Source: the human T2T-CHM13v2.0 reference genome, Homo sapiens
NCBI RefSeq assembly: GCF_009914755.1
Contig: NC_060945.1
Strand: one strand, 5' to 3'
Length of the DNA stretch: 64,000 bases
Shown one piece after another: positions 25,469-40,130 of the stretch (position 1 is the stretch's first letter; each line of letters begins with the position of its first letter). The notes beneath the pieces are model-generated. The model had not been told where the DNA came from. It searched no databases and saw only the letters and a program-made list of their open reading frames with translations. The position numbers were made by a program, and so were the translations under genes.

Positions 25469-28059
25469 AAAAAAAAATACTGGAGGTCTTTATTATTTTT
25501 TTAATACTATAGCCCATTCTGAGTTTTCATTACAACCTCCACTCTAGTATTGTAACTACTTTTCACAAACCCTTATCTTTGGTAGCTGGATTTAATTCAT
25601 TAATTTTAAAATTTTGATAAAAATTATGACTTAATTATATTATTATGTATTTTCATTTGATTATCTAGGTTTATGAAACTGACTAAACTAGTAATTATTT
25701 GATAATATGATTATATTCTGCCAATTCACTCTACATGTTCCTTGGATATGTTAATAAACAATAGAAACAAGTCCAACTAAAATACATCACTTATTCTGAC
25801 TCTTGTTTTGAAAAATAAAACCTGACAAATCAAATAAAAGTAAATGAATTATTATTCAGACATCCACTTATGGTTTGGGTATATATTTTGACAGTCCATG
25901 AGAAAAATTCCTCCAAGGGTCTTCACTTCCAGACATAAAATCACTTTGTTGTTTTTCTAAAAGCTATTTTTAAAAAAATCAGCATCTTTTTAAATTCTCC
26001 CATCTATAAGTTGGCAAAAATATCTGTTGAGGTTTGTAAGCAACTTTAACATTTTAAATAATAAATGTAATATTTAGGGACAATTTAATTTAGTGACTCA
26101 AGGCATCTAATATTTGGTATCAGTATATGAATATTAACAAACATTTAGCCCTTTTATTTATAGTATTTTTTATAGTAAAACAATTTCTACTTTCTATTAT
26201 GCTTCTTGTTCTGTGATAGTTTACTATTTCTGAAACTTTATTTTTTACAAAATTTCAAGTTGAGTCTAAAAAAATTATATTTTGTTGTTTTGAAAAATAC
26301 ATAGCCTAAAACTTTACATGCTAACAGTTGAGTTTTATCAGTGTTATTTTTACTAAACCTAATCACTATAAAATAGCTATATCTTGTGTATGTTAAAAAT
26401 GTGAAATAAGATGAGAATGTATTTGCTATACAATTAATTAAATTATATGAATTAGTAGCAACTATTAAGATGCTTTGAATATTCCCTTAGGTGGACGAGA
26501 ACATGTGAGCAAGTACTAGCACAGTGGTAGATGCTTTGTAAATTGCTCTTACTTTCCTAATGATTGACAGGCTAATAGCTAAATAACTAAGATATTATAA
26601 GCACTTTCTTAGAATTTAGAGATCCACTTAAAAGACAGGTTTTCATTAGGAATTTCTGTACTTTATTTCACATTTCCATAAAAAAAATCCTCATTGCAAG
26701 AACCACTGCACCTATTATATGAAAAAACTTAAGAGAAAACAATCAGGTGACCATTACCTCTAAAACATCTGATTTGATTTAGTTATCCTATAGGAATCAA
26801 GTATCAGGCTTTACAAGATCCTCTTTTTTCAATGTTGTTTTACTGACTAAAACAATGTTTAACATGACTAATTCACGTTTCTTTTTGTGATTTATTTTTA
26901 CTTGATCTAATTTCTAAAGTGATCTTTATGAGGTGTCTTGCCTAAAAATTTGCCTATACTTATAAATGCATTTTCACTTACTACAACCTCATTTTTTACT
27001 GTACTATAGATGTACAGTTAGTTGAATGCATACATAATAATTTTGAGAATATATGAGGTTTTACATAAGAAGAATCATATTGAAGTGGTTATCTAGCATA
27101 TCTAAAGAGGAAACAACAGAGAAGCAAGCTGGAAACAATATGTAGACATCAGTAATTATTTTAATTTCACAAGACAAACATTTATCAATCCTGTATTCAA
27201 AACCTACATATATGCTACTTAGGATGCAGAAATAGCTATGTATATTCATTGCCACCAAGTCATTTATGATCCAATTGAAGGGCAAATACAAACACAATGA
27301 AGTTTCTTTGTGTAGCAATTACACAAATAAAACTTTATAAGCTTGCCAAGAAAAGCAAGAACGAAGAAAGGAAAGAAGGAAGAAAAACAAATAGCAAAAC
27401 AGAGCAATATTTAAATGTGGTTATGATTCAGCCAACCATTACATTTAATGATAATGTGCCTGTTTGGGAAAGAAAATAGAAGAATTAACTGAATGCCAAG
27501 GGGAGGGGGAAGGAACACAAGAAAAAATCAAAACAAAATAAAACTGTGAAAGATAATTAATGGGAATAGAAAAATTATGTACAAAAATCATTTTATTTGG
27601 AGAGTAATTTAGGAGATCTTTAGGAATATATTGGCTATATTCAAGTTCCTATACTTAAGTGCTACACAATAATAATTAAAGGTACCAGATTTAGTAAAGG
27701 GATTTTGCACCATGAATTTTTTTTCCTGTAAAGATACAAATATATCTCCTTAGTAGAACAGATAACCTCACAGATTTATGACACTGTTATATATCAATCT
27801 ATATTTATTTATTTAACCAAGCAATCTTAATGTTATTTTGCTAAATTGCTTCTAAATGTCCCAGTTTCTCAGATTCCCTTTGTGTCATTTAAAACATCTA
27901 TTTGTTATTTATTAATTCAAGTTAATATCTTTAAAACCTATTCATTTTATATTTGTCTGAGAGCTATGATTTTAAGCTTCTAAAAATTATATTTTAATAG
28001 AAATCAGGGACTAGTTACCTTTAATCTGGGGGAGATACTACGTATTTTAAAGCCTGAAG

Positions 28060-29480
<1,421 letters not shown>

Positions 29481-29689
29481 TTAATTATTTAAAAATGTGA
29501 GGTCAGGAGTCCAGTCCCACCTGGGTAACAAAGTGAGGCATGAGTTACAATTAAAATACTAGAAAAGTATTGACCATTTCAATTAAATGTTTCTTTCAAA
29601 TCACTAATTATTTTCATGTTCCAAAATATAAAGGTTAATTTTTTATTCTCATTTTATTGATCTATCAGTAGTCTCTTTTTCTTTAATTA

Positions 29690-29733
29690 AAAAACAAACA
29701 AACAAAAACACATAAACAAACAAACAAACAAAA
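29690..29733 (+). repeat. (AAAC)n microsatellite
   Basis: Seen directly. Confidence 0.85.
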
Positions 29734-29739
29734 CCAGTT

Positions 29740-30965
29740 TTTTTCTTTGGCTTCCAGAACACGTCCTCTTGGCTTTCTTCTTATGTCTTTGTATGCTATT
29801 TCTTAGTCTTTGGAACACTTCTGTGTCCACCCCCACTCCCTTGATGAGTTGTCACAGAGCCATGGTTTACAATATTGTTTATGCTAAGAACTTGCAAATT
29901 TGTACCTCTACCTCTTACTTCTCTTCTAAATGCCAGGCTCTTACATCCAACTTCTTATGCTGTCTTCTTTTGAGAAGCTAATAAATATCTCAACTTTGAA
30001 ATGCACATTCTCACCAACGACCATTTGTCTCAGAGCAAAAATCTTAGAGTCAATCCTGCTTATTTTCTTTGTCAAGAATTGCACATCCAACCTTTCAGCG
30101 AGTCTTGCTGCTTGCTCTACCTTCAGAATCTATCCAAAGTTAGTCACTCTCTTAGTCTCTCCCAGAAACAGATCCCAGTAAAAACATTCAATCAGAAGTA
30201 ATTTGGGATGTAGAGAAAAACTGTATTCTTTTTCTTCCCTCAGCCTTTTGATGTGTTTATTTCAATGCTATTTTTACAATGTTACTTACTGAATACATTA
30301 ATTAAAATTGTAATCTGCCACTATTACTGTGTATCCTGCCTTACTTTATTTTCTTCACAAAATATATAACTTTTCAACACCTGTCTATATTTTATTTCTT
30401 TTGTGTCATCCTATATCTGACTGTAATCTTTACAAAGGCAAGGATTTTTTTCTTTAATATCCTAAATGTAGATGTTTGTCTCTAGTAGATTCAATGGTGC
30501 CTCCCAAAATATGATAAATATGCACATATCTTTCCATATGCTAGCCCACAGAAACTGTAGATGTGACCTAATTTTTTTGTATATATTAATAAGGATCTTG
30601 AGATGACATCATACTGGATGATCCTAGTGCACCCTAAATCCAATAAGTGTTCTTATGAAAGACAGAAGAGGAGAAGATACAGAAAATAGAAGGCTATTTG
30701 AGGATGGAAGCAGAGCTTGGAGTTATGCAGCTACAAACCAAAGAATGCCTTGAACCACCAGCAGCTGAAAGAGGTAAAGTAGGATCCACCCATAAACACT
30801 TGAGAAGGAAAGTGGGCCTACCTATACCTTGATTTCAGATTTCTGCCCTACAGAACTGTAAGAGAATATATTTCTGTTGCTTTAAACATTTACGTTTGTG
30901 GTAATTTGTTATAACAGATCCAGCAAACTCATATACTGGCACTGAGCAGATATTCAATAAGAATT
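29740..30965 (+). mobile_element. L2 LINE fragments (split by MLT1C)
   Basis: ctttggcttccagaacac...tcttggctttcttcttat (L2 RT region), catccaac...taccttcagaat, and the L2 tail ctggcactgagcagatattcaataa resuming after the LTR. Confidence 0.7.
30481..30935 (+). mobile_element. MLT1C-like MaLR LTR
   Basis: ccctaaatccaat...gcagagcttggagttatgcagc...cagaactgtaagagaat...tttgtggtaatttgttat. Confidence 0.85.
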
Positions 30966-30969
30966 GATT

Positions 30970-31930
30970 ATGAATTATAGTCATTATGATAGTGTGGCAT
31001 TGACTCAGAGATGAACAATTTGTTCACTGGACTATAGCAGGAAATTCAAAAATTCATGGACGACTTTTGATATTTTACATATGAATTGTCATGTCACCCA
31101 GAAAAATGAATAACTATTCATAACATAGCAGTGATGCATTTGATTAACATATAGAAAAATTGTAAATTGTATTCTAACATCACATTAACTTCAAATGTGA
31201 AAGATATCTTGTATCACTTTTAAAGAAAATATAAAATATATTTTATTTAGTAAAATTGAATTTGTAGAATGATGACTTTTTTTTTTACTTTACTGCTTAA
31301 TACTTGAGAAATTTTCCTCTTTGATGAGGCTGTTAGAAAACAGGAACTCTAACAATTATATAGTGGGAAGATAAATTCATACAACGACTTTGGAAAGCTA
31401 CTTGACAATGTAAGGATGAAAGTGCCCAAAGTTGTAAAATTTCCCTGCTCTATGTCTATCCTATGAAAATTCTAATATATATAAACAACAAAACCATAAA
31501 TATTTATTGTAGCTTTGTTTTTAACATTTACAATGGTAAATATAAAAATGCCAACATTTCCTGATATGAAAATTGATAGCTTTATATTATATATATAATG
31601 AAATCCCATATAGAAATTAAACAAAAACGGATACCCAAGTATCAGCTGCAATGGTTCTCAAAAATATCATAGTGAGATTATAAAGCATGTGTTGAAATAA
31701 TACAGATAAAACAATAACATCTTATTTAAATTTGAAGATACAAACACTACCGTATGCGTTATAAAATATTCTATACACAGACCTGTACTTAAAAATAGAG
31801 AAATATACAAGGGGATGCTAAACAATTTTAGCCTGTAGTTATCCCTTGTAGAATTTCTTATAATCTTGTTTCTGGTTATGTTGCTGTATCAATTATTTTT
31901 CATGTTTGGGTATGTGTGAAATATTTCATA
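30970..31930 (+). mobile_element. Old L1ME fragments
   Basis: atagtgtggcattg...; gaaaacaggaactct...tacaacgactttggaaagc are typical L1M ORF2 3' remnants. Confidence 0.55.
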
Positions 31931-33609
31931 AAAGGAAGTTGGACGTTTTAATAATACATTGACTTTAACAGGAGGAAGAACAGGTGATTGGGGTATTTTG
32001 TTGTATACCAACACATGACTGAAATAATCATCTATTCTAATTCTGTTCAGTTCAGTGGAAAGTCTTTGAAGGTTTTTTAACAGAGTTGCAGTTTGTCATA
32101 TCTTTGAGAACATTGTGTTAGATTAAGTGGAACAGAAATGCTTAGAGGGAAGGAGATTAAAATAATGTGTTGTATGGATATTTGAGGTGACATACAATAG
32201 AACTGGAAAATAGAGAAACTTCATGAAAAATAGTATAAAAAGAGACATAAATGACTTACCAATTGACTCTGCTGTGTTTGATAGATGGGAATTGTAGTCG
32301 TAACATTGGATGAAATAGGAAAGACAGACTAGTAGAGCTCTTTGGAGGCAAGTTCTATAAGTTCTTTTTACATTTTGAGTGGAAGTTTTCACTTTTAAAT
32401 GAAATGCATATGGATAAAAAATAAAGGTAAATATAGTTATTATGAAATTGTCAACATAAAATGAGAGTTGATGCATAAAAATGAACAGACTGGAAAAAGG
32501 GAACTTTTTAAATATAAAAAAAATTGCTTCTTTTCTGATAGTATTCTTTCTTCTTAAACTTCATGATTATTCCTGGAAATTAAAGTGAAAAAAACTATCA
32601 TAAAACTATGACTCTATCATACTGTAACATTTCAGGGCCCACATTATTATACCTCCTCTCTCCATCTTGCATGACTGTTTAAAATGGTTCTGTTTGATAC
32701 ACTGACACTCAATTTCTTTTTATATGGAATGTAATTTGGGAGATTCTCTAAACAATCTGTATAATGGCAGACATGGAGTACAACTGAAATTAGAAATATT
32801 CTGTTGTAGTTTCCATTCTTTCTTAAAGGTTTTAACATTTTGTTATGAACATGACAAGCCTTATTTTTTTTCCACACATAGAAGGAACACGAATTATAAA
32901 TAGAACAAAACACTGTGAAATACTGCAAATGTAGAATAATTATTTGATCTCATGCACACACCTCGGTAATTTAAATTAAATTCTATAAGTTAATGACTAA
33001 ATATTTTAAAATTAACTACTTTAAATTAAGATGTATTTAGAAATAATTTTAATGTTATTGAAATTTTTTTAAAAAACCTATTGTAACATAAGAAATCATG
33101 ATATAATGCAAATACTACATATTTTCAGAAAATTTGGTAATGAATATCAACTCCCAAAAAACCATCTTAGTCATTGCATAAAATTCTACAAATGATATCT
33201 GATTTTAATTTAGAGGAAAGTACATGAACTGAAAGTCCCAACTGAATAAATGCTTAAAAAAGGATGATTTAAAAAAAATTAAAGGTAACATTTATTAATT
33301 AAAATAATTCTGATAGAAAATCCTAACAATGTACATTATTGTCTAGATTTATAATTCCGTAAATTAAATATACATCCCCCTGCAAGTGGCAATACTTCAA
33401 AAATTAATTCTAGTTTACAATTTAGTATAAAATAATGTATTAAAAGTGTCCCTGAAAGATGGAGTTTAATGGAGAAAAATGAGGAATATTATGAGTATCA
33501 GGACATGGAGAAGAGTAAAAAGTCAATATTGTGGGACAAATTAAATGACATAAAAAATCACCTTTTTTCATTTGATATAATGTAATGGTTATAAAATATC
33601 TTCTCAAGA

Positions 33610-34163
33610 GTTCTTCAACTGTCATTTCATTGAGATGTGGGGACTGGGGTCTCTGACCTTGAATCTGGGGGGACTTTTAACTTCTTTGACTAAGAGAATA
33701 CAAAAAAAAGCAATGCTGTGTAACTTTTGAGACCTGGCCTAAATCGACAATCTGACTTCTGCTCACTTTTTTTCAGAATCCTCCATCTCAGGAGGGCCCC
33801 AGTATTGCCAGGCTGGGAGAAACCCAAACCATGAGGATAGACCATGAATAGGAGTTCTGGTTGACAATCCCAGTTCATTCCTAGCTTCAAATACACAAGG
33901 CCAAGTGCCAGATATGGGCATAAAAAGCAATTTGGAAGTGGACACTCCAGTCCCAGCTGTCCTAGCCCTCAGCTATTTGAGTTGCATTCAGACATGTAAA
34001 TCTTCCCAGCTGAGGCCTCATCATTGAGGTGCAGAAAAGGGGCATGCCCACTGTGCCTGTTTCTAAATTCCTGACCCACAGAACCTGTGAGCATAATACA
34101 AGTTTACTATTTTATACCAGTAAGTTTGGGGTATAGTATTATGCAACAATACAAGCTGATGCA
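33610..34163 (+). mobile_element. MLT1G/H-like MaLR LTR
   Basis: tcttcccagctgaggcc...aattcctgacccacagaacctgtgagcataat...taagtttggggt. Confidence 0.8.
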
Positions 34164-35354
34164 CAAAAAATATCTTCTTTGTTGCATAAACTCTATATAA
34201 ACTGGCATATGCTTAGTTCTTAAACCTCTCTCCAATCTCCTTCTCTTTCCCCATACTCAAACTAATCTTTTTTTTCTGCTCCTTCAACAAACCAGCACTT
34301 GTATTTACACATTAGATAAATTGCACCATTAACTTAAAAAACACAATTTCCAAGATTTTTACAATACTGTGTCTTATAGTTTAAAGTATCTCAGCCTTTA
34401 AGTATCACTTGTTAGATAACATTTAGTTGCCAATCTTTTTATAATTGCTTTCTCTTACTCTACTCCTTAGCTTACAGTCCTTTCTGCCATATTTATCGTA
34501 TTTGTATAACAGATCAAAATCTGTGGTTATCTATTTATTTACCTAATTTTCAGCTCTCTCCACTTATTATCATATAAGTTACAAACATTTCAGGTCATAT
34601 CTTCAGTTTACCACACTATACCAGTAGCTTAAATATCACATTACCCATACTAGCCACTCAAAAATATTTATTATGGAATTAATGGAACTCTAAATTTAAT
34701 CTGGTCTCCAAACTAAATATATGGCATAAGTATCAATATAGGTTTCAGGTAGATAGGGTTTAGCTATAAGGAATACAGGGTGCAACTAAAAGCAGTTTTC
34801 ACAGGCAAGATGTTTACTTACTTCTACAAAAGAAAGAGTACAAGCCAGGACAGGATAAGAAGAGCAGCCACACAGGGACGCTGAAGATTTGTTATACACA
34901 TGTAGGGACATTAATAGCATTTCCTTAGAAAGAGGTATGATATAAGATAGCATGATGCCTGTAGCACCCTGAGTCATGATTGCTCATATTGCAGCCAAGA
35001 AAAATAGGAAAGGCTGAAGCAGCAAAGGGCAAAGGGGCAAAAGGCCAAAGCCATGCAGGCCAAGTTTGTGCTTTTTTAAAGGCTTTCCTAGGAACCTATC
35101 TTATGATATCCATTTCAATGTCACAAAATTCACATGGCCACACCAAGAAACATGGATATTTTACTTTCCAAATAAAAAACTAGGCAAGAGAAGTTTACAT
35201 TTGCATAGCCTATCAATAGTGTCTGCCAAGATATTTCCATTTTTTAGTGTATCAGAAAATTGGGCACACATGACTAACGTACTTTATTCATTTTAAATAG
35301 AAACAAATGTGTGTGCATATATATATAAAAGATACATATTTATATGTGTGTAAA

Positions 35355-35383
35355 TATGTGTGCGTGTATGTGTGTGTGTGTGT
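35355..35383 (+). repeat. (TG)n microsatellite
   Basis: Seen directly. Confidence 0.8.
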
Positions 35384-35489
35384 AAAACCAATCAACTTCT
35401 GCTTAAAAACTTCTGTAAAACTCATTTTTTTTTCCAGTATGTTTCCTCTGAAGGCAATCTTCACATCTAGGGAATATTAATGGTAATAA

Positions 35490-35700
35490 TAACAGCATTG
35501 ATTTATTGAGAGTTTTCCTATGTAACAATTACTATACAAGTATGCCATTTAATCTATTTCTCTAGTTTCAATATTAATATTGGTACTTAATAAATGAGTA
35601 AACTGAAAATAATAAGTTTAAAATCTTTTTTCACAGCTAGTCAGCAATACAACTAGGATTTGATATCAGATTCATACAATTCCGAAGACCCTGACCACTA
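35490..35700 (-). mobile_element. MIR SINE
   Basis: atttattgagag...aatgagtaaactgaaa...tcacagctagt...ggatttga core, strongly decayed. Confidence 0.6.
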
Positions 35701-35982
35701 AATGCAAAAGGTACATGGCAACAGCTGATTGCAATGAGAGAAAAACAACTAATAAGGCAACAAGCAGGATACTAAGATATTTTCCAAAATGAATAGCACT
35801 GATTCTGTGAGGAATGAACATTGCCAAACAAGTGTTTTGTTTTGTTTTTCAACTCCTCTAAAAAATTCACATATATGCATGCCACTTTCCTGAAAAATAT
35901 CTGCTTCATAATTGCCATAAGAAACTGTATGGACAACTCTTAAACATTCTGAAAGTAGTCAGGGATGGGGGAAAGCATTTGC

Positions 35983-36380
35983 TGTTTTAGTCTGTTCCTG
36001 GTCTTATAATAAATATCACAGACTGGGTAATTTATGATTATAGAAATGTATTTCTGAAAGTTCAGGAGTTGGGAAGTTCAAGATTATGGCACCAACATAT
36101 TCATTGTCTGATGAGGGCCTGTTTCATAGATGTCATTTTGCATGACTTAATCATATGGTAGGAAAAGCAAAGGGACAAAATGGACAAATGCCATGTTGTC
36201 ACATGGCAGAAGAAATGGAAGAGCCAGGAAGCTCTCAGAAGCTTCCTTTATTAGGATATTAATCTCATTCATGAGTGCACAGCCATTATGACTTAATTGC
36301 CTCCAAAGGCCCCACTTCCTCATCACTTTGAGGATTAAACTTAAACATGAATTTGGAGGAAATATATTCAAACTCTAGGA
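35983..36380 (-). mobile_element. MSTC/MSTD-like MaLR solo LTR
   Basis: tgttttagtctgtt...cacagactgggtaattta...gggaagttcaagat...taatctcattcatgag...aacatgaatttggagg. Confidence 0.82.
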
Positions 36381-37184
36381 CTAGTTTAAATGTAGCTAAA
36401 AAGGTTTCTTCATTCTGTAATCGTTAATATGCTAATATTTTTGTAAATATCCAAGAGGAAGCTAAAGCATATAATATTCCAAAATTTATTTGTTTGTGGA
36501 TATTATGTTTTCCTCTCATTCAATCTCAAGAAATTAGTGTCCTCAAGAAACACTATATAGGATAATTGTCTTTCAAGTTCATCAACTACCGGTTCTTGAT
36601 TCTTCAGTAGCTAATCCTAGATAGTAATACTTAACAGATTATAAAAACTTGGGTGCTGCTATATAAATGCGCTGAAACTCCCAGGGAACCAAACATAAGG
36701 ACTTAAAGAGAGATGTAACTAGGGATCATAATCATGAATTTCAGCTGCTTCTCTATCTTTGTCAGTGAGCAAATGACCATACAAAATAAGGTATTCAATT
36801 ATTAATTCTGTGCCCATATCCCGGAATTTTGCCCAATATATTTGTAAGTTTAGATAAATAAGGCACTAATGCCAGGGATATGTAGCATTAGTTCTGGGTT
36901 TATAAAGGGATATTCACAACCTCTTGCCATCCACAGAATTTATCAGCCCAAAGTAAACTATACTCGTTTGTTAAGGGCAACCTGAAACATGTTTAAAACT
37001 GAGGTAGACTGAAGAGTCAACTAATTGCAGGAATCTTTTGTTATTTGGTTGAAATGTTCAAACAAGTCCCACTCTGAATTCTATTAGAAGTCCATCATTG
37101 GCTTCTCTCTCTTTCTCACTGTCTTAAATCATGTATTTTATAACACTATGAAGAATGAAGTTCAAAAGAATAAGCTAAATTTAA

Positions 37185-38415
37185 TTAATTAAATTATTTA
37201 TTTATTTATTTTGGGACAGAGTCTCACTCTGTCACCCAGGCCAGAGTTCAGTTGCACGATCCTGGCTCACCGCATCCTTCACCTCCTGGGCTCGAGATCC
37301 TCCTGAAGCAGGGCATTTCCCTGACCCCTTCATGGGACTCGTGACAGGGGTGCCCCATTTACTCAGCCCACTGCTCTCAACTCCTCAAGGGAGGGAGTGT
37401 GTAATTGAATAAGGCAGGAACTGGAGTACATGAGTGCTGGAACCAGTGGCCTCTTTGGTGCCAGAAGGAGTGAACTCACCCACTCTGACCTGCTGTGTTC
37501 CACCTCTTGCAGGAGAGAGCATGCAGGTGAGCAGGTATAGGAGCCAGGAAGAGAGCTCTGGGGTGTTGGCAGGAGCAAACTCCATGTGGGCCTCATAGCA
37601 GCCCCTGGTGTTAGGGGGGGTGCCTGTGATTCCTGAAGCCCCAGTGGGCATATTACAGTGCTCCTTTAGCTCTGCCATCTTCAGACAGCTGAAGTGTTAG
37701 CAGCTCAGCATGCCTTTTTGTATCCACACTCACTCCTGAGCTCTTGTTTGGCATCCAGGAAAAATCAGCTCACAGAAACGAATTGAAGGATGGTAAATGC
37801 AGAGGATTTTATTGCCAAGGAAAGTGGCTCTCAGCAGGAAGGGCAGCTGGGAAGGACATGTAGCAGGAAGGTTTCTGGCTGGACTCTTCTCCAAAGTTGC
37901 ACTGTCAAACTGTCTCTCTGAAATCAAGCTGCTTCTCTCCAACGTCCAACCATAGTCTCTGATGCCTAGCTGCTGCTTCTCTTTTGATGTTCAGCTGCTT
38001 CTCTTTTTTGCTAGCTGAGTCTGGGGTTTTTATGGGCACAGGATGGGGAACAGGGGAGGTCATGGGTAATTTTGTAAAAGGCAACATTTGAGTGGGAAAA
38101 CAGGAACGTATGTTCTCACTTTGGGCTTTGGTTCCAGGCTTGAGGGTGGAGCCCTTGCCAGGGACCTGCCCTCTTTTGCCCAGAATTTCCCTGCCTCCCT
38201 TCCCTATCACTCCCACCCCATCACTCCCACCTCAACATCCTGAGTAGCTGGGATTATAGGCGCACACCACCACATCTGATTAATATTTAAATTTTTTGTA
38301 GAGACAGGGTTTTGTCATGTTGCCCAGGCTGGTCTCAAACCCTGGGCTCAAGTGATTTGCCCACCTCAGCCTCCCAAAGTTCTGGGATTACAGATGTGAG
38401 CCAGTGTGCCTGGCC
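37185..38415 (-). mobile_element. AluJ split by an ERV1 LTR
   Basis: The Alu halves 37185-37303 and 38210-38415 rejoin as gatcctcc|cacctca. Confidence 0.9.
37304..38209 (-). mobile_element. LTR1/LTR27/LTR28-family ERV1 solo LTR (about 906 bp)
   Basis: Minus strand starts TGATAGGGAAGGGAGGCAGGGAAATTCTGGGC...CCACCCTCAAGCCTGG and ends ...CCTGCTTCA. 4-bp TSD CTCC (37300-37303, 38210-38213). Confidence 0.85.
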
Positions 38416-39169
38416 CTAAATAATATTTATATGGGCATTTTGTAATTATTATTTTTTAATAATATAAATGTTTCCTTTTTAATATGAATTTTTCAAGAGT
38501 TTTAAAATTGACTGATTATTCATTAAAATTTAATGAAGGACAGGAATTGGCTATTTTTCTGAATGACAAAAATTAGGAAATTTTTAGAGAGATGATGAAT
38601 TTATCCTAGAATATATGGAAAGAGTAAATCTTGTTATATAGAAAAAGCTACTTTCCAATCCGAAGGATCTTAGAATAATAAATTTTTTTTTTCTAGTTTC
38701 CTTATAATTGTTTCAAAGTAATACTTTAGACCAAAAATTGTATATCTCAGTAGGTGGCCTATATGATAATTAAAAAATTAAAAGCTAAGTTAATTAAATT
38801 TTTAATTATTTTAATTTTTATTAATTTTAATTATCAATCTTCATTGAAGAATTTTGTCCAAAAAATGTGGACAATATGTGTCATAAGGATTAATCAGCAT
38901 AAAATAGTCCCCAAAGGAAATTAAAGGACCGATTAGATAGTACTAAAATAACAATCATACAAAGTAGAAAGTGGTGTTATAAGAGAAATGTAGATAAAAT
39001 ATTGTAAGAAACTAAAGCAGGAAGATAATGGTTTGAGTTGTGGGAGATCAGGGAAGATTTTTTGGAAAAAGTAACGTTTAAGCTAGATCTTAGAGAGACA
39101 TGACTTAATAGAAAAGTAGGCAAAAAAATATGAATAACCCTTTCAGATTACAGGCAATACAAATTATGA

Positions 39170-40130
39170 TAAATATAAAAAAATTCTTACTTTACTAGTA
39201 ATCAAGTAATTGAATTAAACAATTGGATACCAATTTTTCTTCAGCAGACTGGCAAAACATAAGATGTTAACAAGGGTTTTGAGGGTACAGGGAAGAGGGT
39301 AGGCTCAAACTATGCTGGTATCAATGTATAACCAAGATCTCCTTTGGAATACAATTGTTATATAGTCTACATTCTGTAAAAACTAAACACATATGTTTGC
39401 CTTTCCACTTTTGGAAATACATGGTAGATAATCATGCAAGAATGTCAATTGCAGTATTGTGTTGTAATTTTTAAAAATACTCAAAATATTTATCAATATA
39501 TAACTACAAATAAAAATAGTTGGACTATCATGCAGACTACAATGCCTCTATTGTGGCATAATAGTTAATAATACAATCTCTGAGAGCAGAATATCTGGAT
39601 TTGAATAATTTGCTCTCCCTCTAAATGACCTTGAGCAAAGTACTTACAATCTTTTTCTCTCTTCTGTAAAATGGAGATAACAGCATTGCCAATTTATTAG
39701 CTTGTCATGATGATTAAATGAGATAATCCATATATCACACCAAGTACCCACTACATAATAAGCAACTAATTAAATTTGACTAATATTAATAATTTCATTA
39801 TTATTCATCTTAATATCATGGCATGACTTCTAAGGTATATTATTAAATAGAAAAAGAGAAGTTTTAAACTGAGCCATAGTTTAGAACTTGACTTAAAGCA
39901 GACTCACAAAGCAAATGCTCATATCTAGGACAGGTAAATCTACACGTGTTTATACACACATTCACTGTGTTTGGGGAAAATACACACCAAACTGGAAACA
40001 CTGGTTGTCTCTGAAGAAGAGACAGGGCTTTGGCAATATTCAAATTAGGCTTTAACTGTTTCTGAAAGTTTCAGTTCTCTATAAGGAGAAGGTATTACTT
40101 ATGTAATTTTTAAAAATTACATATTAAGTA
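39170..40130 (+). mobile_element. Old L1ME 3' fragment interrupted by a MIR
   Basis: cagactggcaaaa...gctggtatcaatgtataa; tacacaccaaactg...ctggttgtctctg. Confidence 0.55.
39550..39790 (+). mobile_element. MIR SINE
   Basis: tgaccttgagcaaag...ttctgtaaaatggagataa...gattaaatgagataat core. Confidence 0.82.

Noticed and set aside
18053-25485. Possible L1PB TSD (aaaaaaaatatcctgga vs aaaaaaaaatactgga)
   Set aside because: Imperfect, mostly A-run, and about 45 bp away from the L1 3' end.
34040-34049. GGGCATGCCC p53 half-site in the MLT1G-like LTR
   Set aside because: Single half-site with no adjacent second half.
38766-38835. AT-only imperfect inverted repeat
   Set aside because: Low complexity, so such palindromes are expected at this base composition.
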